DNA of 64,000 nucleotides. Source: Octopus sinensis (taxonomy: Eukaryota). The notes under the pieces were generated by a model, which made no database searches, was not told the DNA's origin, and saw only the letters and a list, made by a program, of their open reading frames with translations. The position numbers were made by a program, and so were the translations under genes. Location: NCBI RefSeq assembly GCF_006345805.1, contig NC_043012.1, forward strand, positions 51,832,001 to 51,896,000, in the 5' to 3' direction. This document shows positions 12,065 to 25,770 of this stretch, piece by piece; the stretch's first letter is position 1; each line of letters begins with the position of its first letter.

Positions 12065-12322
12065 TATTTTTACTGTTTTGTTCTTATTGTCCTGTTTAAC
12101 CCGCCGCAAGATCAAATCCCAAGGTTTATTTAATTTGCTTTGGGGAAGGTCGCGGAGTAGATAAAACAGGGGACAACTGATGAAGGGAATGTTTTTTTTT
12201 CATATTACCTGTCTCGTTTCCCTGTATGTTTCTTTCGTTGTTCGAAAACAGCTTGTTTTCTATGTATTTGTTTTTATGCTCTCGTTTCTTATCTGCTTGA
12301 CCTTTGTTTGACATCCTGTAAA
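12065..12322 (+). mobile_element. Probable Penelope-like terminal fragment with long hairpin followed by CTGATGA
   Basis: TTGTCCTGTTT (12087-97) pairs with AAACAGGGGACAA (12163-75), which is followed immediately by CTGATGA. A T-rich tail then runs into (TA)n. Confidence 0.45.
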
Positions 12323-12324
12323 CA

Positions 12325-12580
<256 letters not shown>

Positions 12581-13091
12581 GCATGTGGAATGATATTGGA
12601 TTGTGAAAGGTTAATCACCATATCTGCCTGATTTTATGTAACAACACACAAACCAATGGTTCGCACCTTGATCTATCTTGATTATAAAGGCACATTAATG
12701 CAAATATTTATTGGTTTTCTTGATTATGCATATAACGGTCTACGCAGCAGTCTGAAGAATATCAGGTAGATACCAGTTATTATGCACTTTATATGTATGA
12801 TCTGTAAATAGAGCTGTAGTATTATACGGACATGATATTTATCATCGTTACTATTGAAAACATAATGAAGGATCTTTGATTCCTTATGAGATTCCAGAAC
12901 ATTCTTTCTGCAAGTACTCGGAAAAACATTTACTTTTCGTGTATACGACTGTGAAATGTCATACAGCCGTAACGACAAACAGGATTAAGTGAGGTGCTTC
13001 TGTGATTCTCGGCATATGTTTTTTTTTGCGCGAAGTCTATAATTCATATACCAGTTAAAGTGCTTCATATCGAAAGGACTATTTTTTTTTT

Positions 13092-13570
<479 letters not shown>

Positions 13571-16500
13571 AAGAACTGTTGAAATTCAACTTTGTTTATA
13601 TATGCGTATATATATATACACACACACACATATATATATGTGTGTGTCTGTGTGTGTGTGTGTGTCTGTGTGTATGTGTCTGTGTATATACATGTATATA
13701 TTTATAAAGTTATATAATTGTATTTCGTTTAAATATACACATATTTCTGTTAAACATATTTTGAATGGCACAATATAGCTCCGTACATTTTGTCTATTCT
13801 AAATATCTGTCTCTCGTGATTGCTCACTGCAATATATTTTACTATATTTTGTACGTGAAATGTTGCATACTCCTTAAATATGCATCTCCGTATAATTTTT
13901 ATACAAAAAAAAATCGAGACAAACTTTTAATTTGTATAATTTTTTTCATTAATTGAAGCCTGTTAAAAATACAAGTATACTTGTCATTAGAAATACTTCA
14001 TTCTACGAAGTTAAATTAGAGATTTAATGCAATGAAACTTCTAAGAAACTATTCAGAAACGATAAACTCTATTTCAGCGTCGCTACGATGTTAGTGATAC
14101 CCATAAAAATACGAGTGCAATTAAATTTTGAAAGATTCAATTTAATCGTAATAGTTATTGATACATCATAACCGTTTGATCAATAATCTAAAAAGAATCG
14201 AATTTGTATTTTATAAAAAAAATGTTCTCCGTTTCTTGTATTTGCCTCTATTTCAGTTTTTAACTTGCTTCTTTCTTTAATTTATATTTGTGAAGACCAA
14301 TTATTCATACACTATCGTGTTTTCCGATAATTTTTTGAATATCGATTTGCCCAGGTGTTAATTCGATCAGTGATCAAAGTAACAGTTTTGTGACACTTAA
14401 GAAATCGATGGAAATCACTTCGAGGAAAATATAATTCTGGAAAATTTAAATCCGGCAATAAAGTTAACTTCAACGCTTAAGGGAGAATTTTTTTTTTTTA
14501 CTAACGGATAGGGGTTAACAGTAAAAAAACAGAATGATGTAAAATTCAGAATAATTTGATTTATGAGGAAGTTTAAATAAAACGTAGTGGTTTTCAAGTA
14601 TTTCCAAAAGTTAATATTGGCATGTGTAAATGCATAAGAAGGAAACTTTGGAAAAGAAGAAAACCTGACGAAAATCTTCGAAGAATTTCCATTTATCTGA
14701 AACATATCATTCTCTTCGTGTCTCTCGCATATTCGAAAAAGTCCTTCGTTAATTATGTGACTATTAGATACGTTGTTTTACTAAAAGGTTACCGGCACGT
14801 GACGCAATCCTCGAATATTTGTTTTTGTATAAAGGCAAATTAAAAAAAAGCAACCTCATTTTATATAGTATTCGTAAATCTGGCAAGATGTTTCTATAAT
14901 GTCAGTGAGGAAACATGGCATCAACTAGCTTTCATTTAGAACTTTCACACCTGTTTTGTTCAATTAATTTTGATATTTTATGTAAAAGTGAACTCTGTCT
15001 AAAGTTTACAACTACTTGTCTAGTCTCATTATATTGTTTTCTGTTCAATATTGCAAATCTCTGATATGCGAACAAACTGCAGCTATGTGCATCTTACATC
15101 TTTCTAACTTTGCCATGATCGATGTAAAAAATCCACGCCATTCGTATGCATACATAGATGCACGCACATTCATACATACGCATACACACACAATCACATA
15201 CATACATACACACATACACACACAAGCACATAAATACATACATACACACTCATCAGTATTATTCAGTAGCAACATACGTACTTGTGATAACCTGATTTGC
15301 TAACAAAACTTTCTTTTTAAATATTTCATCATGCAATAATTTTCCGCCAGAGTAAAGGAAATGTTTTGCCTTTTCTTTAGTAATATTTATTCCAGGTAAT
15401 ATTCTTATGCAACGAACACTGAAATTCCATTACATCAATTTTGACTGGTGAGATTGTTGGCTATCGTTTGTTATATGTGAAAATGCATTTCAACTTTTTT
15501 TACTAACACAACATCTTAATAACTTTATAAATATGTCCTTGTATATTCAGAGTAAGATTAGAGATTATTCACACCCGATGATTTTTCTTCTCCTATCTAG
15601 GCTTTTAAGCTTTATTTAAAAAAATATTATAGTAAATACACCTGGTACTTAATTTCTTTAAAATATTCTTGTCACACGCAATATTTTACTAAAACTACAC
15701 CGCAGAACATTTCTGTGTCGGCTTACTTATTGGAATTTATTGGGTTTGTGGTTGCGTTAGCAAGGTAAATACTTAACCAGAGTAAACTACAAGCGGAAAC
15801 ACAGCTGAATAAAAGCAAATCCAAACGCAAGGTGAATACATGACTCTGAGCTATTTTACGAAGAAAGGAAAACACCGATAATCGGAGCATTTGCCATTTT
15901 ATATGATATGCGGTAAAAGGAAAACATTGTTCATGAAAACAGGCCTCTGTTTTTGTCAAAACCAAGTTTCGAAAAATTACGAAAGCGAGAGAGTCAATAG
16001 ATGTTGTGCTTACAGTACAGACGTGTGGAAAAATACTAGAGAAATGATTATGGGTGAAAATAGTAAATCATATAACAGTGTGTGTGTATATGTGGCGCAT
16101 GTGTAACCATGAGTGATTGTATACCATCAGTTATGTGACGTATGTTCTCTGCATATGAATGTGTATTTCTATATAACGCAATGTGTATGTTCATGTAATA
16201 AAGTAACATGGATTTGTATACTTATTCACTACAAGGCAATACGTATGAGAGTGGTTGTGAGTGTGAATAAATAATAATGTATCCATAGTGTGAATGTAGC
16301 GGGATAATATGTGGGTGATATAAAAAAAAGCTATCACATTGTCAGTACGTTTTGACGTTAAAGAAATTGCCTTGCATACGCAGTGTTATCACAGAACGCA
16401 GCACGCAAATGATCAGGTTGTGTGCAGAAAGAAATGAAGGATCTGCGAACAGGAAACTCACCTAGTTTGAAGTCACTTCAGAAGAAAGGAAAGATTTCTA

Positions 16501-19500
16501 ATAGAAGTTTAACCCTTCATATTTTTACACCTTGCAAATATAACAGTATCGCAGCTGAAAAAGAGGGAAGTTGTATTTTGGTAAATATACAGAATAGTAA
16601 GCGGCAATCAGCTCCATCAGTTAAACATTACGAAATTAAATATGTAACTGAAGCTATTTTAATCATTATTTAGGTTATGTAATTTAAATTATGTTAGTTA
16701 CAGTAGTTCAGCACTTTTCCGCACTTTCAACGCACCTTTACAATTTCGATAATATTTAGCCAGCATTATTTCTCTTGCTACAGGGAAACTATTTTCTAAC
16801 TAAAATGGACGAGTAATAATTGTAAGGTTGCCATCCCTATTTTTACCATTGAGATTGATATGACGTATTTCTAGTAAATGAATTTATGCAGGAGAACATA
16901 AACCAAGTGAAAGTATGGCAAACCTTTTTATTTTAATAGTTGCTCTTTTTCGACAAACAACCCCAATTTGACACAATAATAACCAGATCATTACAGCTTT
17001 ATTTTCTTAAACCAGTTTAACCAGGATTATTAAATTTTCATGACGATGTGGTGCGTCTAAAGCTGTTACATCGAGCCAATACCACGACCACATACAAGAT
17101 TTATTGTTAACTTACGTGATGTAGAATTACTGATCAAAGAAGCCAAGAATAGAAAAGATACGTACGTGATGACGAAAAAGTTGGGTTCCTCGGCCTATAA
17201 TGATCAACCATTCAGGCTACACCGCTGAAATGCGTTAACGTGGCTCGTGGAATTAACAAACGTAAAGAGATGTCCCATACCGAAGTAGAAAGAATTCTGA
17301 TTAATTTCAAATCTAACGGTAGCGTTCTTAAAGACGGGAAATTCTGTTTAATCATCCTCATAGAGCGTTCAAAATGGAAATAATCACGCATTAGTTCATT
17401 TTAGCAACCTTATCGAACAGAGACAATGCATGTTTCATGAAATAATTAATTTCCAAGTAATATAAAGTTACTTTGTTCATGGAGAAATTTGGATGGCATC
17501 ATACCTTAGAAGCTAGGTATTATTTTATCAAATACCTTTTTTATTCGTGATATTAACATTTTACCTGATTAAGTAGGAGAAAAAACAAACAATCAGCATC
17601 GATTTATTAAACTGTATCAATGTGAGCAGCATCTACAATTTTTTATCAAGCGCCTCTCGGTGTCGATATCCATAAGCAATCCCAGTTTTGTTTGAACAGA
17701 GGATTTTCGAAACAGCCAATACTGTGATACATTTTTGCTCAATATTGTAACATGTCAGCCCTGTTCATTACTCTCTCCATTATGAATAGCAATATAATGT
17801 ATTCTTAATCTTATTAACATGCAGAAATTTCGAAAATAAAAAAAAATTAAAAGGAATGATGTGTCTACGAAAGGTGAGGCTTTTACGCCAGTGTTTTCCT
17901 TTCGTTAATTAATCATATTTATAGTTGCATTGGCAATGGAATTTCCAAAAAATATATATATAAATGCTACTTGTATTTTCGATGAAAGGATTACATTAAG
18001 GGCTGTGATTAATCTTTGCCGGCATCGTTAAGACAGAGTCTACTTAAAATCAGCTATAAATTACCGAACAGTATCATCGTTAAACATCTTATTTCATCGT
18101 ATCAAACTGCTAATTCTTCAAACTTAAATACACGTTTGCGTGTTTCTTGAGCACTGAAGGACTGATTAATCGATAATTAAAACAGAGGCTGCTTTTGCTG
18201 AGATTTCCATTAACAATGAAGATAAATTGTATGGTTGACTTAATCAGCTTCAAGGAGTAAAAAGATAATAACTAAAGTTATTTAAAGAGATATTTTACGA
18301 AAGCATAATGGAAACAGTATTATTCAGATAGCATTATATCGTTCATACTTTAGCGCTCATTTATGTTAGCTCACCATATATGATTTCGTTGGTTAGTATT
18401 CGGATTAGTACAGCAGAAGGCAGTCGGCCTACTAACGAAAGAGTCATAATTTCTTTCCGTAACCCTGGTTTCGCTTTGTATCCTTGTATAAAAACATATC
18501 TCATTAACCCAGTGCGTTTGAATATAACCAATCACATTAAGTGAATGTAAATGGATTCAATTCGTGTCAGTAATATATAACAGATTTACTTTTATGTAAC
18601 CTGAACTGTAATTATCATTGTATCTATACGAGATTTTTTGGAGGAAAAATGCGAATTTTGTAACTAACAACAGCAAGTAAATTTCTAACGCAGCACGTAA
18701 GATACTTATTTGTTTACTAAAAATATCTAAATAATATAAGATTGAGTTTTATTTCATTTATTTATTTACTTTGTTATTTTCGCCGACGTTTATACCTGTC
18801 TGTAATTTTGTTCAAGAATGAATGTTTACGCTAACTATTAATCTCCTAGAAGAAATGTGGTTTGTTTCTCTTTTGAACTTTCTGGATACCAACTAATTAA
18901 ACAGTGAAATGCCTGATTGAAATAGTATGTGTTGTACATGCAAGTGCTATTGAACTAACATCTTTTACTCTGGAATACGATGAAAAAAAATGGCATGATT
19001 TATGAGAAATATGACCTTTGATTTCACGACATTTACTTGAAGTATCCGGCTACAAATCAGTTAGATTCGGTAGCCAACAGGATTTATATTTCTCAAGTGT
19101 AAAATGTTTTGAATTTTGGTAAAATATCACTTAGGGTCAAAGGTATAAATTTCTCCCGTCACAAAATAGAAAAATATTTAATATTCAATTTTCTGTTAAG
19201 ACAAAAAGAAAACCATGAATGAAATACTGAAATACTTGATGTGATGAGAGAATGTGACACTAGATAGATTAAAGGAAACCACGAGAGAAAAATACTGCAG
19301 TTCGATTAAACGTTTGAAGTGTTTCTTGTTTCATGTGCTAATAAATTAAGTTTCTGATTATTTATTGTTTTCTATATATGTTATATTTTTGTTGAATAGA
19401 AATTATTAAAATATGTTTTTATAGCACATTTGCGTGATTGGAATTTCCTGGGGTGTCTGCAACTACGGAGTAACTCACATATATTTTTTTTTTATATTCA

Positions 19501-20093
19501 TTTCTTTATGAGATTAGTTTCATTGTATATTAAATGTACCTGTGAAGAGCGTGTACTTTAGAGATTAGAAAATATAATGGATATATTTTATGTACATTAT
19601 TTGCATGTGTGTGTGCATATATATATATATACATATATGTGCTCTTATAGACATATTTTTGTACAAATATATGCACACCTACACACAGAGATACATACAC
19701 GTATATGGAAATTAAAAGATATCGATGCTTAGAAGCTTGAGGAAATGTACTCAATACAAGTAAAAAAATTGTGTAATACTTTTCCGCTTATCATTTAATG
19801 GTTCTATTCAATCAACGGTCGCCATATTGGAGTATGGCTTCGAAAGTCGATCCCAAAACTGAATTATATATATATATATATATAAATTAGGGTATCTAAG
19901 AGATACCAGCATGCTGAAATAGCAGTCAAAACCTCTGACCCTAAAACCACCCTAAATGTTCATATAGGCAAGGAGACGAAATAAACTAGCAAAAAAGGAT
20001 TTTTCTGAATAATTCAAGACCCTGGATTTTTGGCTTTGCATGAGAAGCTCTGCCTTCTTCAGCTGAATATACCAAATTCATATATATATATAT

Positions 20094-20387
20094 ATCACCG
20101 TGATCACCGTGACTGACCAAGCTATCAGATGTTGCTACACATCGCTTGTCACAATGCGCTTCCCATTGTTTTAGCCTTCAAATGACGCCACCCCGCTGGC
20201 TAAGCGAGCAGGCCAACAGAAGAAAGAGTGAGAAAAAGTTGTGGCGAAAGAGTACAACAGGGGTCTCCACCACCCCCTGCCGAAACCTCGTGGAACTTTA
20301 GGTGTTTTCGCTCAATAAACACTCATGATGCCCGGTTTGGGGATCGAAACCGCGAGTCCACTGCCCCAACCACTAGGCTATTGCGCC

Positions 20388-20391
<4 letters not shown>
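20094..20391 (-). mobile_element. tRNA-derived SINE family C with an alternative, RTE-like tail
   Basis: The minus-strand head GGAGGCGCAATAGCCTAGTGGTT..GGTTTCGATCCCC and body match 35837-36138 and 55082-55395, but the tail differs and ends (CACGGTGAT)2. Confidence 0.85.
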
Positions 20392-20455
<64 letters not shown>

Positions 20456-21084
20456 TTATGCGCGCAGATAAGTGTTTTTGTGCGTTGATGTATGTTTCGG
20501 TGTACCATGTTTGCGTCTATAACTGTTTCATTGGTATTTCGTTTAGCAATCTAGGCTCAAATCGGTGTGAGCAAGTATGTCCGCGTATGCATATGTCCCA
20601 GTGTGTACATGTGTCTCAGCCTTTATTTATGTGTGTCTGTTTGTATGCATGTATGCGTGTGTGCATATATAGGTGGTTATATATGTGTGTGAGAGAGAGA
20701 GAGAGAGAGAGTAAATGAGGTCACGTGGCATGGTTGATATGATGATCGTGGCTTCAATTACTAGACGGCGTTGTGCGTTGTAATCTCAAATGAAGTATTT
20801 CATTTCACGTTACTATGTTACTCTACGGTCACTTCGATCTCGGCCTGTAGTTTATGGGGCCACCCCTTACATTAATGCCCTCTGTATTTGTAAAGTCTAT
20901 TGCTGAAAATCGCTCAGCGTCCTTAGCCGTTGTTGTCCTCATTACTCTATAGGCTCTCTCTGAGGTAATCTCGTGAGGCGCATTTCTTATTCCAATTTTG
21001 CCCATTACGTAAAGATTTTACAATTAATTCTTATTATGGTTAATCGGTTATTTATTACTTAGTTATTCTAGCAGCATTTTTCTG

Positions 21085-21420
21085 TGTTCCCCTTGCACCT
21101 CCTCCCTATCTCAGCATATCTTCACCTTCTGCTAGCTCCACCCCAAATTCTCTAGCCAATTTCTTCCCTCTTCCTGTCACTCTGAATAGCCAGCTAAAAT
21201 CTCTCGCCTGCTCGATAAGGTCCTCCACCACAATGGCGGCCCCTTAACATTACCTTATTCTCTCCCTTCTATATGCTATACTTTTCTTTATCTATTCTAC
21301 CTCTGTTCATTTACCTTCTGTCGTAGAAACACCCTCTCTCTCTGCCTTACATTTCTCCTTCTCTACCTCAGTTCCCCTTCCTTCGTCGTTTATATCGTCC
21401 CTCTCTCTCTCCGTCTTTTG
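21085..21420 (-). pseudogene. Possible decayed LINE ORF1 (SGNH-esterase-like) remnant
   Basis: Purine-rich minus-strand frame RRERIR*C*GAAIVVEDLIEQARDFSW recalls the C.PGA.V.D motif of esterase-like ORF1 in CR1/L2 elements. The similarity is recalled, not verified. Confidence 0.35.
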
Positions 21421-21741
21421 TTCTTATTTTCCCACCTCTTTCATTTCAGCCCTTAAATTTATCGCACTTGTATGTGCCTTGCTTTGCCAATTTTCACTTG
21501 ATGAAGTGTGTCCAGTTTTATAGTAGTATCTCCGTGTGACTGTTTCTTGGTTGAATATCCAAGACTTCTTGCATATTCTTTCAGCAAATTATGAACATTG
21601 GGATGTTACATAATACCGAACCTCCTGAAACGGCTATCGAATAACGAAATTATGTATTCTCCTCTTAGTATTCTGTAATTTTCATGTCCTATGTACTATT
21701 TGTGTGTATGTTTGTGTATATATATATATAACCTCCTTACG

Positions 21742-21868
21742 ATTTCAGGAGGACGATTGGGATCACGTGGATGAGAAAGGCGCGATCCAGAGAGGAGTGG
21801 AGAGCGTGCTGTGACCAGCGGTGTCAAATGGACGCCTGACGGACTGGTTGGTCAAGTGATCAAGTGAT
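21742..21868 (+). mobile_element. RTE-type LINE 3' end
   Basis: Reads RRTIGITWMRKARSREEWRACCDQRCQMDA*, matching the W.R.A..R..W RTE C-terminal pattern. It ends with a (CAAGTGAT)2 tail and lies between TA runs. Confidence 0.6.
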
Positions 21869-22131
21869 ATATATATATATATACATATATAAATATATAT
21901 ATATATATAACAAAATAATAAATAAAACATAAGCATATATACATACATATATGTACGTACCTACATCTATATGTATATATACGTGCCTATATAGGTACAG
22001 GACACAAAACAACGTCAAACACAATGAGAAACGAAAACAATCACAAAACCCAGGAAATGGACATTTTTCTTAAGCAACGAAAAAATAGAGTACAAGACAT
22101 ATATCACAAGGAACATTCCCTTATACGTATG

Positions 22132-22176
<45 letters not shown>

Positions 22177-22501
22177 CACGCACATACATACGTACATATA
22201 TATATATATGTACGTATGTGTGTGTGCGTGTATATATATATATACATACATACACACGCGCGCGCGCGAACACACATAGTTTACAGAAAACAAAGGACGA
22301 AATCAGGAAGCAGGTGTATTAGTTTGACACTCGGGAACAATGGAAAACTCTTTGACATTTCGAGCCTATAGGATTGAGAGGAAAGAAAATGGAGGGAGAA
22401 GAAAACATACAGGTGTTGTCTCTATGTGTGTGTCCTAGTATGCATGCGTGTGTGTGAAGTGCATAACCAAATACGTTTTAAAGGTGTCCTGTTACGTTAG
22501 T

Positions 22502-23034
22502 CAGTGGCTCCCAAACGGCGGAAGAGGGTAGCAGGTGAGGCAGGATGATTGAAAAACAAACAAAGATTTAGAAACAGTTTCCAAGAAGTCATGCCAAAAA
22601 CAAATATGCTTAAAATGTTTAAAACAGTATTTACTTTTTTTTTTTTTTTTTCTTTTTTTTTTGATATACAACCAGAAACAATATCCACTTCAAAAACATT
22701 ATCCATTATTCTACAGATCTCTACGACATATTACTGCGACAAGGATAATAAGTTCTAACAACAAATATGAAAAACAAAAATTAGAAAAGCTTTATCTCAA
22801 CTTAAGTATAAAATAAAGGAGATTACTCGTCACAACCAAGCCTACAACCTCTCATTAAATTTGTATAATTTAATCATATTATGAGTTATTTGTTTTATAA
22901 TCATACTTAATGCACTATTAGCAGTTTTTTAAAAAATTTCTAGATGTAGTTTTCATCACATAAAATTTGGTGAGGCGTGAGCAAATTTTCATTCCAAAAA
23001 TGCGACCCAGAGATAAAACGTTCGGGACCCACTG
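22502..23034. mobile_element. hAT-like MITE candidate (533 bp)
   Basis: 15-bp inverted termini CAGTGGCTCCCAAAC / GTTCGGGACCCACTG (2 mismatches), similar to Charlie-type hAT ends. The flanking 8-mers do not match, so no TSD is confirmed. Confidence 0.45.
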
Positions 23035-23404
23035 CTTTATGCAGAAGAATTGTAATCAGGTAAAGCTACTCACTACAAGCTGCCGGATCCTTATTCAAAT
23101 ATTTTATGTAATGCTGTTATTAAATGTCGATAATACATCGATATTTAATTTTTCTATTGTTGTTTATCCTTTGCAAAACTTTCATACTTTCAGTGTCACG
23201 GCTGCAAATAACAACACGTTTGCTGTCATACGATAGAATTAGGTAAGCAATGCAAACATTCGACTCACATATGACTTACATGTATCTAACTAATAAAAAT
23301 CATATTACATGCAGTGCGCTTTCTTTAAAACTACCATAATCGCTGCTCGTTGTGGTGGTTCTGTTGCTGCAGCAGAACCCTAATCTCATAAATGAACAAG
23401 TAGA

Positions 23405-23451
<47 letters not shown>

Positions 23452-23452
<1 letters not shown>

Positions 23453-23637
23453 TATTTAAAGCAGCAGAAAATTCAATAAAACGTGTTACTCTGAGTTTCC
23501 CGTTGCCGTTCATCGGGAAACTCAGAGTAACAGGTTTTGTTGAATTTTCTGCTGCTTTAAATAAAGCATATCCCTCTACCACTGGTAGTTGAGTACTCTT
23601 TTTTCCACCTTGTTTCACATTTATGTGTTTACTCCGG
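23452..23637. mobile_element. Palindromic, probably Penelope-like terminal fragment between (TA)n tracts
   Basis: 51-bp inverted arms (23452-23502 and 23514-23564) containing hammerhead-like GAAACTCAGAGTA, followed by a short tail into (TA)n. Confidence 0.55.
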
Positions 23638-23638
23638 C

Positions 23639-23669
<31 letters not shown>

Positions 23670-23682
23670 TAGATAGATAGAC

Positions 23683-23740
<58 letters not shown>

Positions 23741-23834
23741 ATATCTGCATACATGCATACATATATATATATATATACATATATATATACATTCATATAT
23801 ATATATATATATATATATAAATATATATATGTAC

Positions 23835-23869
<35 letters not shown>

Positions 23870-23910
23870 TGTATGTATGTATGTATGTATGTGTGTATGC
23901 ATCTATGTAT
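23638..23910. repeat. (TA)n/(GATA)n/(TATG)n microsatellite
   Basis: Directly visible. Confidence 0.95.
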
Positions 23911-24966
23911 GCATGAATGAGCAAAAACATCAGGTACAGTGATTTGATATTTTGCATTGAAATCGTAACCGATCGTTAAGAGATAAACATTCGTATGTAA
24001 CGAATCATGAGTACGGCACATTTTCAGACATAATTATTGTACCTCTTGTGCTAAGACTTATGAACCGGGTTTTTTTTTAACTTTAAAAAAAAAAACATGA
24101 ATATAGATTGTGTTCTATTCAAACATAAAGTGTGTCAGGAGAGAGAAATAGGTCTGGTGAATGAGGCACGGTAAAAAGGGAAACACTTAATATGTCGGAA
24201 CTCTCTAAATGTATAGACATGAAAAGATTAGGAGATACATGAAAGTGTAGACAGTACCAAACAAAATAGGAATCAACATATGCAAATTGTAATTTAAAAA
24301 TCGTGAATAGCTTTAATTAATTGATTTATAAATATATCGAAGTATATAGTTATTGATACCTATATTTTGTCGTCTAAATTATTCATTATTTGTTTGACAT
24401 CATTTAATGAGCATTCACGTGATATCTACAAAGAGATGATTTCTAAGTGCGCTATATATAGGTCCAATACAGTATCGAAACAGGTACAATTATTTTTATA
24501 ATTTTTTTTTTACTAGCTTTAATCAAATTCCATTAATAACGTTTTTAAAAATATTTCCTATAACATGTCTTTAATCTCGAAAACTGTTCCAATCATATAC
24601 ATTTCAAAAGTAATTGATCAATGTTCATAGTTTAATGACGGGAAATATATCGCCTAGAATTGTACTTCGCTCTAGCAAATGATAAAGATAAAATAAGCCG
24701 TCAATGTTTTTAAAAAAATATTATTAGATTAGTACATATTGAAAACCAATAAAATGGACATAGTTGGGAGAAAATGTAATTCACTCTATTTATTGAGATG
24801 GCTAATCAATCTCCGACTAATCTATTATCTACTATTCAATCAAAGCTTCCCTCTCTCTGTCTTCGATTATACTATGCTCTTTTCTTATCTGGGGAAATAG
24901 TCACGCACACATTCAGCGCATACATACACCCACACATACACATATTCGCTATCCCACTCTTCCCCT

Positions 24967-25013
<47 letters not shown>

Positions 25014-25045
25014 TTCTCCATCTCTGATTATGTATAATGTGTTTC

Positions 25046-25077
<32 letters not shown>

Positions 25078-25648
25078 TATATTTATATATATATATATAT
25101 ATATATACATACATATATGCATGGTTATTTACGTACATATATAAGCATACATATTTAGACATCTTTCTCCCATCTTCATTCTCTCTCCCTCTCCTTCTCT
25201 CCCTCCCCCATCTCTCTCTCTCGCTTGCCGGGGAACAAAATCACAGGCGACCATATTCGCTTGAAGCGTCAGAGGAATGGTAAGATTTGACTAAAGTAAC
25301 GTTTTTAATATTATTTTCATATTGGTGAGTGGTAAAAGCAGCAATGTTTTTACCACTATTTAATGTTAGTGGAAAAAGCAAGAATTAAAACGTGCAAGAT
25401 CGTCGGAAAAGTAGCGTAAATTTGGACAAAGTCGATGTTTGACTGATCAAAAGACGGATGATGGGATAAATGACCAGGTTTAAGACAGATGGTAGAATAC
25501 ATATTCAGCAGTGTGTCCGGGTACTTTTAAGTGTGGGTGGATAGTTTAAGTACTAGTTGCATACTGGGGTTGATCTAATCTACTTGCCCCCTACCCCAAA
25601 ATTTTGGGCCCTGTGCCTAGTGTAGAAAAGAATATTTTTGTCTTCTTT

Positions 25649-25770
25649 AAGGCGGCGAGCTGGCAGAATCGTTAGCAAGCCGGAGAAAACGCTTAGCGGC
25701 AATTTGTTAGTCTTTACATTATGAGTTCAAATGCCGACTTTGCTTCCATCATTTTGTGATCGATAAAATA
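25649..25770 (+). mobile_element. SINE family A 5' part, preceded by a family A tail fragment (~25545-25635)
   Basis: AAGGCGGCGAGCTGGCAGAATCGTTAGCAAGCCGG head. Confidence 0.8.

Noticed and set aside
15707-15765. Possible 59-nt plus-strand exon with hydrophobic translations and an AAG|GTAAAT donor
   Set aside because: The acceptor is weak, two frames are open and equally plausible, and no adjoining exon supports either.
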